In this document: one piece after another, positions 30,657-41,807 of the stretch
Numbering within the stretch: the first letter of the stretch is position 1
How the letters are laid out: every line of letters begins with the position of its first letter
From: a virus
Taxonomy: Duplodnaviria; Caudoviricetes
IMG/VR virus record: IMGVR_UViG_3300031994_000011
Coordinates: 64,001 to 128,000 of that record
DNA: 64,000 bases
Reading direction: 5' to 3' (one strand)
Made by a program: the position numbers and the translations under genes
The notes under the pieces: model-generated
The model's database searches: none
Told to the model about the DNA's origin: nothing
The model's input: the letters and a program-made list of their open reading frames with translations, nothing else

Positions 30657-33600
30657 ATGAGTTTATATCCCGGTAGTGTTCATAATCATACTGATTACAG
30701 TAATGAAACTCTACGTGATTGTATTAACACAGTTTTCAGCTTAATTGATTTAGCAATTAATCTTGGGCATGAATGTGTGGCAATTACAGACCACGAAACT
30801 ATTTCTAGTTATATTAAAGCAGAGCAATATTATAAAAAAGTCAAAGAAAAGCATCCAGATTTTAAACTTATTCGTGGAAATGAAATTTATCTTACACGAA
30901 ATGGTTTGAACGCAAAGAATTATGATAGAACAAAAGATAGATATTTTCATTTTATTCTTCTTTGTAAAGATTTGATTGGATATCATCAAATCTGTGAGTT
31001 ATCAACTCGCGCGTGGATGCGTTCATATATGAGCCGCAGATTACGTAGACGTCCAACTTATTATCAAGATTTAAAAGATATAGTAAAAGCTAACCCTGGG
31101 CACTTGATTGCATCAAGTGCTTGTTTGGGTTCACAATTAGATAAATTTTTACTTCAATATATGGATACGGGCGACGAAGAATTTTATATCACAGCAAAGC
31201 GCTGGTGTCTATATATTGAAGATATTTTTGGAAAAGGCAATTTTTACCTTGAAATGCAGCCATCCAATAATAGGGAACAGATTTTTATAAATAAACAACT
31301 TTTAAAAATTTCAAAAGAACTCAATCTTCCATATATCATTACAACCGATAGTCATTATGGAAGGCCGGAAGATGCGTCTATTCACGAAGCCTTTCTTAAT
31401 GCCCAGGAAGGCGAACGAGAAGTTAAAAGTTTCTATGCTACCACTTATATGATGAAAGATGAAGAAATTAGAAGTTTCTTTCCATATTTAAGTGAAGAAG
31501 AACTTGAAACGGCATATAATTGGATTCGTCATATAAAAGATGAATGTGAAGATTTTAGTATCCTGCAGCCGCTAGAAATCCCTCAGCTTCCTTGGCGTCA
31601 TTTTGAAGGCCCGACTGGATTAGAATTAGCGCGTATGATTAAAGTTATACCAGCAATAGAAAAATTTTATAATTCACCTTATGAAGCAGATAAAACATTA
31701 GTAAAAGCCGTATATCATGGTATAATAAATCATCCAGATCTTCAGAATGAAAAAGCCTATCAGGCAATTAACAAATGTCTTGAAATGACACGGGAATCAA
31801 GTGAAGTTAATAATGCGCGTTGGTCAGCATACTTTTTGAATCTTCAAAAGATTATAGATGAATGTTGGAATGCAGGAACATTAGTTCTTCCTGCCAGAGG
31901 TTCTGGTATGGGATTTGTTCTTCTGTATGCTTTAGATATTATTCAAATTAATTGTTTAAGAGAGAATACTAAAACTTATCCTTGGAGGTTTCTTAACCCA
32001 GCTCGTGTATCTGTTCTAGATATTGATGTAGATATTGAAGGTTCAAAGCGTGGTCAGGTATTAGCGCATTTAAGAAAAGTATATGGTGCAAATCGTGTTT
32101 CAAACGTAGCGACTTTTAGACTTGAAAAATCTAAATCAGCTGTTCAGACCGCAGCCCGTGGATTAGGAATTGATATTGATGAAGCACAGTATGTATCAAA
32201 CTTAATCACCGCAGAACGTGGCGCAACATATACTTTATCTCAGATGTATTATGGAGACCCAGAAAATGGTATTGAACCTAACCAAGCCTTCATAAATGAA
32301 ATTAGTAAATATGATAGATGGTGGGAAGTTGCGAGTAAAATTGAAGGATTGATTTGTGGGGTAGGTATTCACGCTGGCGGCGTAGTGTTTAAAGATAAAG
32401 ATTTCACAGAATCTAGTGCTCTTATGCGCGCACCTGATGGAACCGTTATCACACAATTCGAACTTCATGATCTGGAAGCTGTTTCAGAAATTAAAATGGA
32501 TTTGCTTTCAGTTGAAGCCGCTGATAAAATTCATACTTGTTTAGACTTGTTAGTAGAACAAGGATATGTTCCAGCAGGCAAGAATTTGCGTGAAACATAT
32601 ATGAATGCGCTTGATGTGTATAAAATTGAGCGTAATGATAAAAAGATGTGGGATATGGTTCAAAATCATGAAATCGTATCATTATTTCAAATGGAACAAC
32701 AGAGTGGAGTTCGTGGTATTGCCTTAACCCATCCAAGAAGTGTTGACGAACTAGCTACTTTAAACTCAGTTATCCGTCTAATGGCAACCGAAAAGGGTGC
32801 TGAATCTCCACTAGATAAGTACACTCGTTTCAGAAATATTCCAGATGCTTGGGATAAAGAAATGAAATTATTTGGTTTAACTGATAAAGAAAGAGAAATT
32901 CTTCATAAAGAACTAGATATATCAAATGGTTTATCAATTACTCAAGAGCAGTTCATGCAGTTAGTCCAACTGCCGGAATGTGGCGGCTGGGATTTACAAT
33001 TTGCTGATAAATTAAGAAAAAGTATCGCTAAATTTTTTGGTGCTTAAAAAAGAAATTTTTTATGAAACTCGGAGCAAAATAGGTGAAATCTAAGTAAGCT
33101 TAATCACATAATCTTTGAGGATAAATCAAGGAGGTATGTGGTATGAAAACAAAAATTACATAGGATATTTTAGATATCTGGAAAACAAGATATCTCAATG
33201 GTGAAACTGCGCGTAATATATGGCAAGATTATAAAGATTTATGCGCAGAATGTACCGTTGAAAGGCACATTAAACAAATGGGAATTTCTCGCGGAAGAGG
33301 AGTTAAATATAACATTGAACAAAATAAAAATAATATTATACAAGAATATTTAACTTCTAATTATACAAGTCAAGAATTGGGTGAAAAATATAATTGCAAT
33401 GAACGTACAATTTGTGAAATATTAAAACAAGCGGGAATAGAGTTACACTCTGGAAAACGTTCATCTTGTAATGAAAAATATTTTGAAGTAATAGATTCGC
33501 CCAACAAAGCATATCTTTTAGGTTTTATTACTGCGGATGGAGCGATTATAGGAAAATATAATAGTAGCTGTGTGATTGAAGTGCATGAAAAAGATAAAGC

Positions 33601-35856
33601 TTTAATTGAATTCGCGCAAGCAGAAATTAATCCTAATGCAACTATTACTAAATGTATTAGTGAAAAAAAACATAATTATAGGATTAATTTTTCTAGCAAA
33701 AAGATATGTCAAGACTTAGAGAAATATGGAATTGTTCCAAATAAAAGTAAAATTATTGAAACAATTCCAGAACATTTAATTCCTGATAATTTATTACGTT
33801 ATTATTTTCGCGGCTTGATAGATGGAGATGGATGTATTCATATGAACGGCGGCATTTCTATTTACTCAGGGAGTGAAATATTTATAAAAAACGTACAAAA
33901 TTGTTTAATTAAAAAATTAAATGTATCAAGACTAAAGATATATCATGGTACTACATATTTTGTAAGTTGGACCAAAAAATCAGATAGATAGAAATTTTAT
34001 AATTTTCTATATAAAGATTGTCTAAATGATACATTTTATTATCCTCGAAAATATCAAAGATTATATGATAGCTTATATGATAACACCTAGATAACTGAAT
34101 AAATTACGAATAGGTTATTCAGTATTGTAGAGCATAGGCAGTGAATAAATATAATCTGCCCACGAGTGTTCCGCATCTAAACGTAAAGTCGTAGATGAAA
34201 ATATATGCCGACCTTATAGGAAACTATAAGAAGTAAAGGATAAAAAGCCTTTACGGTAACAAAGTGAAGAAAAATCCGAAAGAGTATGAAGAGCTTGAAA
34301 AGAAATTTTTTGAACGTGTAAAAGAGCAAAAATTGAGTGAAAATTTCTGTAATTATGTATGGAAAGTAGAAATCGCGTTAAGTAGAGGATATGGTTTTAA
34401 TGCGGCCCATACTTATTCGTATTCTATGGTTGCTTTACAAGAAATGAATTTAGCATATAAATATCCAATAATCTTTTGGAATACCGCAAACTTAATTGTA
34501 GATAGTGGTGGCACCTCAGAAATTGAATATGATGAAGATGGTGAAGCATCTTATATTGTAGAAAATGAAAGAGAAGAGAATGAAGAGGATAATGAAGAGC
34601 TTGAAGATTGGGAAGAAGAAAATGAAACCGAAGAAGATGTAAAAGAAGAAAAGAAAAAAGAAAAAACTAAAACTGTAGATTATGGTAAGGTTGCCGCGGC
34701 AATAGGTAAATTCAGTAATTATGGTATTAAAGTTGCCGCACCAGATATTAATTCTTCTTCTTTTACTTTTACTCCAGTTGTAAAAGACAATACGATTCTT
34801 TATGGATTACGAGGAATTACAAGACTGTCAACTTCTACAATTAAAGATATTATGATAAATCGACCCTATACTTCAATAGAAGACTTTCTTACAAAAGTAA
34901 AAGTTAATAAAGTTCAAATGATAAATTTAATTAAATGCGGAGCTTTTGATAAGTTAGAAAATCAGCCAAGGGAAGAAATCATGAAAAAGTATCTTTCAAG
35001 TATAGCTGATAAGAAACAGCGTTTAACTCTTCAAAACATGCAGATGTTAATCACAAAAGAACTTATTCCTGATGAAATGAGTTATTATGCTAAGTTATTC
35101 TTATTTAATAAATTTTTAAAGTCTCAAAAAACAAAAATAGAATATCAATTAAATGATAGCGCAATTAACTTTATATCAGAAAACTTTTCTGCTGATTATA
35201 TTAGTAATGGAACAAGCATTAGTGTGAAAACTTGGGACAACTTATATAGTCGCGCCATGGAGCCAATGAGAGTATATTTAAAAGAACATAAAGATGAAAT
35301 GCTAGAAGCATTAAATAATTCATTGTACAAAGAAGTTGAAGATAAATATGCTCAAGGAAATATAAGCCATTGGGAAATGGAATCTGTTTCATTCTATTCT
35401 CACGAGCATGAACTTATGAATGCTAGTAGGTATTATGATGACTTTTTTGATTTGCCAGAAGAGCCTGAAATTGATAATGTTTTTATGACAAAATCTGGTG
35501 ATGAAATAAAGATGTATAAGTTATCAAAGATAGTTGGAACAGTAATTGATAAAAGTAAAATGAAAAATACTATTACACTGCTCACGCCGACTGGAGTAAT
35601 AAATGTGAAAATATATAAAAATCAATTTGCCTTGTATGATAAACAGATATCTCAAATTGGAGAAGACGGTAAGAAGCATGTGATTGAACCTTCTTGGTTT
35701 AAACGAGGAACATTATTAATGATTCAAGGAATCAGAAGAGGCGCAGATTTTATTCCTAAAAAATATAAATCATCAATTTCTCCAGTAATATCAAAGATAA
35801 CTGAAGTATCAAATAATGGACAATTAAAATTTCAATTAGAACGAAAGGAGGTTTAA
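30657..35856 (+). CDS. dnaE: DNA polymerase III alpha, spliced (exons 30657-33029 and 34267-35856)
   Basis: PHP motifs HNHTDYS and TDH, RGSG, DIDVD, HAGGV, KMDLL; splicing restores LRKSIA|KKNPK; YGFNAAH. Confidence 0.92.
33030..34266 (+). mobile_element. Group I intron with LAGLIDADG homing endonuclease
   Basis: Exon ends in U, intron ends in G. Pairings ATAGGTG/CACCTA and GCATA/TATGC; hairpins near 34095-34260. Boundaries inferred from protein continuity. Confidence 0.82.
33143..34102 (+). CDS. Intron-encoded LAGLIDADG endonuclease (TAG at 33161, 33989, 34088)
   Basis: GGAGG RBS; YLLGFITADG and FRGLIDGDG; C-terminal FYNFLY..RKY lies after the TAG. Confidence 0.85.
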
Positions 35857-35858
35857 TT

Positions 35859-36941
35859 ATGATAGGATTAGTAGATTATGATTTTCAGACTAATACTTCC
35901 ATGCGATTATGTCCTCCAAATTTAGAAATAATGAAATTAGCTAATTATTATAAATCAGAATAGAATAAATATTGTAGACTTATAAATTTAAATTAGCAAT
36001 AGCTTTCTGGATATGAAAAAATTTATTTTTTTAGTTAGAAAGATGGTACCCCAAAAATTCCCGAAGCATTCTTGCGCGCCGATAATGTAATTTTTGGCGG
36101 CACCGCTTTCACAAATGGTGAATATATTCCATTTGAAAATTAGATTATTTAGTATACAATGCCAAAAATAAATATCTATACTGAACTACTTCATCAGAAA
36201 TATAATAATGGAGTAAAGTCAAAAGTAATTTCACATTTTTTAGATGATACTTATTATAGAATGTATGCTAAAAATAATAAATTACCAGTGCCGCCCGTTA
36301 TGATGAGAAAAAGAGTTTATTTATACGATATTGATTTTTTCTACCCAGATTGGAAAGATATAATAGAAGATATATCAGCTAGGAAACCAGCTTCTATATT
36401 AAGAATACACCCTATATATTGTAATACGGTAACTCAATTTGGAGAAATTAGAAGCATATCTAAACTATCTCATAGTAATGATGTGATACTTGATTTAAAT
36501 GTTCCATTGGATGAAATTTATTATTTATTTAAAGTATATAAAAAAATGTTTTTAGCAAATATAACTAAAAATGTAAATGTATATTTGCCACTTGGTGGAA
36601 ATTTTAAAACGCCAATACAATATAGAAAAGATTTAATTTATAAATTAAATTTGTTATATTCTTTCTGGAGCAATAATATCATGATAAAAGTTAAATATAA
36701 AGAAGCTAACATTGGTATTGTTAATCCATTATCTAATTTAATGAAAAGAATTTAGCTTTGGGCAAATAATGATACAAAAGATATAAAAAGTATTAAGGAT
36801 GTCATTGATAGAAAAAATAAGAAAAAGCAATCTATTTAGATGTTAGAACTTGAAGAGTTTTTAAAACTTTATCCAACTAGTAAAACATTGTTTGACCAAA
36901 CTCTTACTTCTATTAGAAAAGGAGGCATATGGAAAATATGA
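35859..36941 (+). CDS. Hypothetical protein with radical-SAM-associated N-terminus (several TAG)
   Basis: MIGLVDYD..PNLEIMKLANYYK..GGTAF; one frame to TGA 36939; no CxxxCxxC. Confidence 0.7.
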
Positions 36942-37141
36942 TTACTATAGATGATATTATATATAATCATGAGCAACTGGAAATGCGTTTAAAAAAAGCA
37001 CTTTCCACAATGGAATTAAGTAAAGAAGTTCGTAACATTCAAGCAGCTATTAAAGAAAATCAATAGCTGTGCCCGCACTTTAGTACAAAATATAATTGGG
37101 TACATGACGGAAAATGTCCCTATTGTGGAAAGAAGGAATAA
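36929..37141 (+). CDS. Small zinc-ribbon protein (one TAG)
   Basis: ENQ*LCPH..CPYCG; ends in TAA 37139. Confidence 0.7.
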
Positions 37142-37142
37142 T

Positions 37143-37373
37143 ATGAAATTTGTTTTATATACATTACCAACTTGTGGTGTGTGCCACATGATTAAAACGA
37201 AATTAGAAAAAAAGAATATTAAATATGAAGAACACGATTTAACAGAAATCGCTGATTCATTAAATATAGACCATGCGCCGGTATTAAAAGTTATTAATGA
37301 TAATGATCCAGGTGCTTTCTTTATCACTAGTCCCGGGGAAATGGTAAAAATGATTAATAACTATATGGAGTGA
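37143..37373 (+). CDS. NrdH/glutaredoxin-like protein
   Basis: LYTLPTCGVC..K.KL..KNI.YEE..APVL. Confidence 0.8.
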   Translation: MKFVLYTLPTCGVCHMIKTKLEKKNIKYEEHDLTEIADSLNIDHAPVLKVINDNDPGAFFITSPGEMVKMINNYME

Positions 37374-37377
37374 TTGT

Positions 37378-39306
37378 ATGAATATCAATATACGATTAGG
37401 TAAAAATTTTACTACTCAATTAAATAAATTTCAAGAAAAATACGGTGAAGAGTTTATGGCTCTTCAAGGATTAGATGATAAAAAATTAAGTCTAACAGAT
37501 TTTATTGATAATTTTATTGATAGTGATAATGTAGCAAATGCTTCTGTAGATAGTAATGCTAATGTCGCGCATAAAGATATTGTTTCTTTGTTAAGTGAAA
37601 TGGCGAAGCCACATCAAAAGATACTTGCTTTAAATAAAATCTATTATGAAGTTCAAAAGAAATATGGTTTCAAAACAGCTAACGAATGGCTTGAAAATAC
37701 ATTAAATTATGCGCTATACATGCACGATTGTAATACAACTTCATTTTTTCATTACTGTTTCGCGTATGATTTAAAAGAGGTCGCTGAAAAAGGACTTTTC
37801 TTTATAGATGGATATTCCGCTGAGCCACCAAAGCATCTTGACAGCTTTGTTCAAATACTAATGGAGTGGGTATGTTTTTGTAGTCGTAGACAATCCGGCG
37901 CTGTAGGTATGCCGAATCTCATTCCTTATCTTTATTATTTCTGGAGTAGAGATGTAAAAAATGGATACTATACTGTATCGCCAGAACGATATGCTAGACA
38001 ACAAATTCAAGCTCTTATTTATAGATTAAATCAACCTTGGGTTAGGACAGAGCAAGCTGCTTTTACAAATACTTCTATTTTTGATCACCCCTACTTTGAA
38101 GCAATCTTCGGTAGCGCTCAATTTCCTGATGGAGAATATATGATTGAAGAGGAAGAAGAAATTATTGAATTTCAAAAACTATTTATGGAAGTTATGTCTG
38201 AATGCCGCAGTCATAATATGGCTACTTTCCCTGTAAATACTATTTCTCTTCTTTTTAAAGATGGTAAATTTGTAGATGAAGAATTTGCTAAATGGGCATG
38301 TAAACATAATATGAAATGGAACGATAGTAATTTCTTTACTGATAGTTCTGTAAATAGCTTATCAAATTGCTGCCGCTTAAAATCTGATATTCGAGACTTA
38401 TACTTTAATAGTATTGGTGGCGCCGCACTAAAGGTTGGTTCAGTAAAGGTATCAACTGTTAATCTTGCGCGCATAGCCTATAAGCATAAAAATGATGAAG
38501 AAGGATTTTTAAAGGAATTAAAAAATATTACAGAAATCAATTTAAAAGGACTTGATTGCGTAAGACACATTATTAAAAGAAATGTAGAAAAAGGATTGCT
38601 TCCTACTTTCTCTCATGGTCTTGTTGATTTTGAACATTTGTATAATACCTTAGGTATTAATGGTATCTTTGAGACAATGAAAACTTTCGGATACACATAT
38701 CAAGATACTTTAGGAAATACATACTATTCTAAAGAAGCAATGAGTTTTGGAGAACGAATTTTTAAAGTCTTTGATGAAACTATTGCTGAATTTAGTAAAG
38801 ATAAAGATTATAAGATTAATAAGGAACAAGTACCCGCTGAGCAGGCGGCTGTAAAGATGTTTAAAGCAGATAGCCTTCTTTATCCAGAATTAGTTGTTAA
38901 AGATTTACCGCTATATGGAAATCAGTGGATACCATTAGGTATTAAGACTACTTTAGCAGAGCGTGTAAGAATTTGTTCTACCTTTGATAAATATTGTAAT
39001 GGTGGTTCAATTCTACATTGTAATGTAGACGCTCCTTTTGATAGCTTTGACAAAGCTTGGAATATGCTTAATTGGATGGCCACTAGCGGCGTTACATATT
39101 TTGCTTTTACTGGAAAAATTTCTGCTTGTAAGCATAATCATGCCTTTTATGGAGATGTGTGTCCTCTTTGCGGCGGTCCAGTAGAAACTTATTACAGTCG
39201 TATCGTCGGGTTCTTCACGCCTGTTAAAGCTTATTCTAAAGAAAGAAAAGCAGAATGGGAATTAAGACAATGGGAGAATATCAATGAAGATAAAGGGGAT
39301 AATTGA
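37378..39306 (+). CDS. nrdD: Anaerobic ribonucleoside-triphosphate reductase
   Basis: YCFAY, QSGA, SNCCRL, PAE, GGSI.H, RIVGF glycyl-radical motif; no ATP cone. Confidence 0.93.
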   Translation: MNINIRLGKNFTTQLNKFQEKYGEEFMALQGLDDKKLSLTDFIDNFIDSDNVANASVDSNANVAHKDIVSLLSEMAKPHQKILALNKIYYEVQKKYGFKTANEWLENTLNYALYMHDCNTTSFFHYCFAYDLKEVAEKGLFFIDGYSAEPPKHLDSFVQILMEWVCFCSRRQSGAVGMPNLIPYLYYFWSRDVKNGYYTVSPERYARQQIQALIYRLNQPWVRTEQAAFTNTSIFDHPYFEAIFGSAQFPDGEYMIEEEEEIIEFQKLFMEVMSECRSHNMATFPVNTISLLFKDGKFVDEEFAKWACKHNMKWNDSNFFTDSSVNSLSNCCRLKSDIRDLYFNSIGGAALKVGSVKVSTVNLARIAYKHKNDEEGFLKELKNITEINLKGLDCVRHIIKRNVEKGLLPTFSHGLVDFEHLYNTLGINGIFETMKTFGYTYQDTLGNTYYSKEAMSFGERIFKVFDETIAEFSKDKDYKINKEQVPAEQAAVKMFKADSLLYPELVVKDLPLYGNQWIPLGIKTTLAERVRICSTFDKYCNGGSILHCNVDAPFDSFDKAWNMLNWMATSGVTYFAFTGKISACKHNHAFYGDVCPLCGGPVETYYSRIVGFFTPVKAYSKERKAEWELRQWENINEDKGDN

Positions 39307-39763
39307 TTGTGATTTTATAAATTACAAAGAACCAACATTAACTATAGAATTTCCATATTGTAGTTTTAAATGTGATGAACTTAATGGTGCGCCAGTATGT
39401 CAAAATAGCGCATTAAGAAAAGAACCAGACATAGAAATATCTGGTGAAGAAATATGGAATTTATATACAGCAAATCCAATTACAAAAGGCTTTTGTTTTC
39501 AGGGCTTAGAACCTTTTGATAGTTTAATGGATTTAGCAGAACTTTTACATTTTATTAGAGTAGATAAACAATGTAATGATGTGATAGTTATTTATACTGG
39601 CTATAATAAAAATGAAGATTTTCTTGTTGAAAACATGATAAGAAAATATCATAATATAATTATTAAATGGGGCCGCTACATAGTAGGTCATAAGCCTCAT
39701 TATGATGAAGCATTAGGAATTATGTTGGCTAGTGATAACCAATACGCGGAGGTAATAGAATGA
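39284..39763 (+). CDS. nrdG: NrdD-activating radical SAM protein
   Basis: CSFKC..CQN, GLEPF, IYTGY, GRY, ASDNQ. Confidence 0.88.
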   Translation: MKIKGIIDCDFINYKEPTLTIEFPYCSFKCDELNGAPVCQNSALRKEPDIEISGEEIWNLYTANPITKGFCFQGLEPFDSLMDLAELLHFIRVDKQCNDVIVIYTGYNKNEDFLVENMIRKYHNIIIKWGRYIVGHKPHYDEALGIMLASDNQYAEVIE

Positions 39764-39957
39764 AAATTCATGCGACTTCTGATGAAGAATTAAAAGCATA
39801 TGTGCGCGCAGGACTAAAAGAAAATGATGGTTTTTGTCCTTGCGTAGTAAATAGTAAAGGTAATGAAAAATTTAGATGTCTTTGTGAAGACTTTAGGTTA
39901 AATAAGAAAGTTGGAGAAACTTGTCATTGTGGTCTATATATTAAAGATGAAGAATAA
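39760..39957 (+). CDS. Ferredoxin:thioredoxin reductase catalytic-subunit-like protein
   Basis: CPC..CLC..CHC.LY. Confidence 0.8.
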   Translation: MKIHATSDEELKAYVRAGLKENDGFCPCVVNSKGNEKFRCLCEDFRLNKKVGETCHCGLYIKDEE

Positions 39958-40019
39958 GTGGGCGTAAGCCCACTTATTTTTTTTATTTATTTGACTTTGC
40001 TTAAAATTCATGCTATAAT
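39953..40019 (+). terminator. Terminator followed by promoter
   Basis: AATAAGTGGGC-GTAA-GCCCACTTATT plus T-tract; TTGACT 39991/TATAAT 40014. Confidence 0.82.
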
Positions 40020-40051
40020 TATTATAAGAAAAAGGAGAGTGATGTGATGCT

Positions 40052-41023
40052 GTGGTTTATGTAATCATATTTCTTATAGCAATAATTATATTCCTCGGTT
40101 ATAGCTTATCAAAGAAACAAAAATTTTAGAAAGAGGAAAGAAATGAATATTATGCCGAGAATTAGAGGCTCGCCGCATAGCACGCTAAATTATAGGCAGA
40201 AATTTTAGCAGATATAGAAAATTGTAATAGAATACGATAGTAGATAACTAGATGTAATAAAGAATTTTCTACTCGTAGTTCTGAATTATAGAATTATTTT
40301 TATAATTTGCGCGCACAACGTAATAAAGATTTAGAAGATTAGTTTTTAACAAAAAGAAGAGAACAGCAAGAAATTCTTAATTTATAGATTTAGAAAATGA
40401 AAACCGCTTCTAACAATAAAGTTATTTAGATTGAATAGGCTACAAATAAAGCCATTTAGACTTTAAATAATTATGTTGCCTAGACAAATGAAAAAGTAAT
40501 TGAATGGGAAACACAATATAATAATTTATTATAGCCACTTAAAAGATTGTAGCAATAGAAAATGTAGCATTTATTTTATACAATTCAAATTCCAGAATAG
40601 TATCAAAAAGATATGTAGTATCTTTTAACTACCGTCGCGCCGCATGTTAATCACCCAGATATTATTAGTAAATTGATTTGGCAATAGTATGTAAAACCCT
40701 ATTTAGACGATACATTTAAGCGAATTGGCATAAAAGATTAGCCTGGAATTTATAAAATAACTTATATTTAGAACAATAAATGTTATGTTGGTAAAAGCAC
40801 TAATGTTAAAAAACGAATAGCTGATCATTTTAAAAGCGTTGTTGGAATACAATCAATTGCTGATCAAGCTGTTCATCATTAGATAAAAAATACTGGATTA
40901 TGGAACTGGATGATAGAAGTGATTGGATACTTTCCAAAAGAAGAACTTAGTGAAAAGTAGAAATTTTATATAAAGTAGTTCCAAGCTATTTAGTATGGAT
41001 TTAATAAAAATAGTGGAGGATAA
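40052..41023 (+). CDS. Membrane-anchored coiled-coil GIY-YIG nuclease (about 27 TAG; missing from the track)
   Basis: N-terminal TM VYVIIFLIAIIIFLGY; PGIYKIT..CYVGKS..RIADH..LSEK*KFYI..YGFN. Confidence 0.85.
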
Positions 41024-41024
41024 A

Positions 41025-41309
41025 ATGAAACTTTTAGAAGGTAAATTTTTTAAAGATTGGTGTATCTTTTTAGCAGAGCAAGATAATAGATATTTTGTTC
41101 TTTATGGGAAAATAGGACAAATAGAGATTAAAGCACAAGTTGACTATAATGAATCATTGAAAGAATCAGTTTATTCTTGTTTTCCAACACGTACTGCTTA
41201 TGTTAATATTCCTTTTATAGACAAGAATAATAATTTATATACCTTACGTAATATTCATAATAAAGAAGAATACAATGCCATAGTAGAAGTTTTGGAGGAT
41301 ATACTATGA
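41025..41309 (+). CDS. Hypothetical protein
   Basis: GGAGG RBS. Confidence 0.65.
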   Translation: MKLLEGKFFKDWCIFLAEQDNRYFVLYGKIGQIEIKAQVDYNESLKESVYSCFPTRTAYVNIPFIDKNNNLYTLRNIHNKEEYNAIVEVLEDIL

Positions 41310-41596
41310 ACGAAGATAAACTACTGAAAGAAGCTACTTCACCGTAGCAATTAGAAGCAGTAGAAAAAATGATTAAAAGTGATATTTAGAAAAAAATCCC
41401 ACCTATGCCTATGAATCGCAAACAGCGTAGAGCGCTACAGAAAAAAATGGGGCGTAAAAATAAAGACTTAAGAGACGTCCAAAAAGTTCTTACAGAAACC
41501 ACAAAGAAAATTGATTATATTGATTTGATTGAAAAACTAAAAGCATTAAATGCTAAAAATGAAAAGGAGAATGAAGAAAATGAAGACACTAATTAA
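41306..41596 (+). CDS. Hypothetical protein (2 TAG)
   Basis: GGAGG RBS, ATGA overlap; MNRKQRR motif. Confidence 0.7.
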
Positions 41597-41792
41597 ACAG
41601 ACTTTTGTATATAATATTGACAACGAACCCGAATCTGCTGATACTATTCAGAAGTTTAAAGATGAACAGCTTGAAAAAGGATATACTGTTCTAAAGCATA
41701 AGACTGATTATAAGGTAAAGAAAGATAGAAAAACCGGTGAGATCGTTGATGAAAATTGGCTAACTGAAATCACAATTGGTTATGAAGCGTAA
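41580..41792 (+). CDS. Hypothetical protein
   Basis: Overlapping chain of genes, open frame. Confidence 0.65.
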   Translation: MKTLIKQTFVYNIDNEPESADTIQKFKDEQLEKGYTVLKHKTDYKVKKDRKTGEIVDENWLTEITIGYEA

Positions 41793-41807
41793 GGAGGTAA
41801 TAAAAAA

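Noticed and set aside
34520-34670. Acidic low-complexity insert in DnaE as a possible intein
   Set aside because: No intein splice motifs (C/S start, HN end). It looks like a disordered loop.
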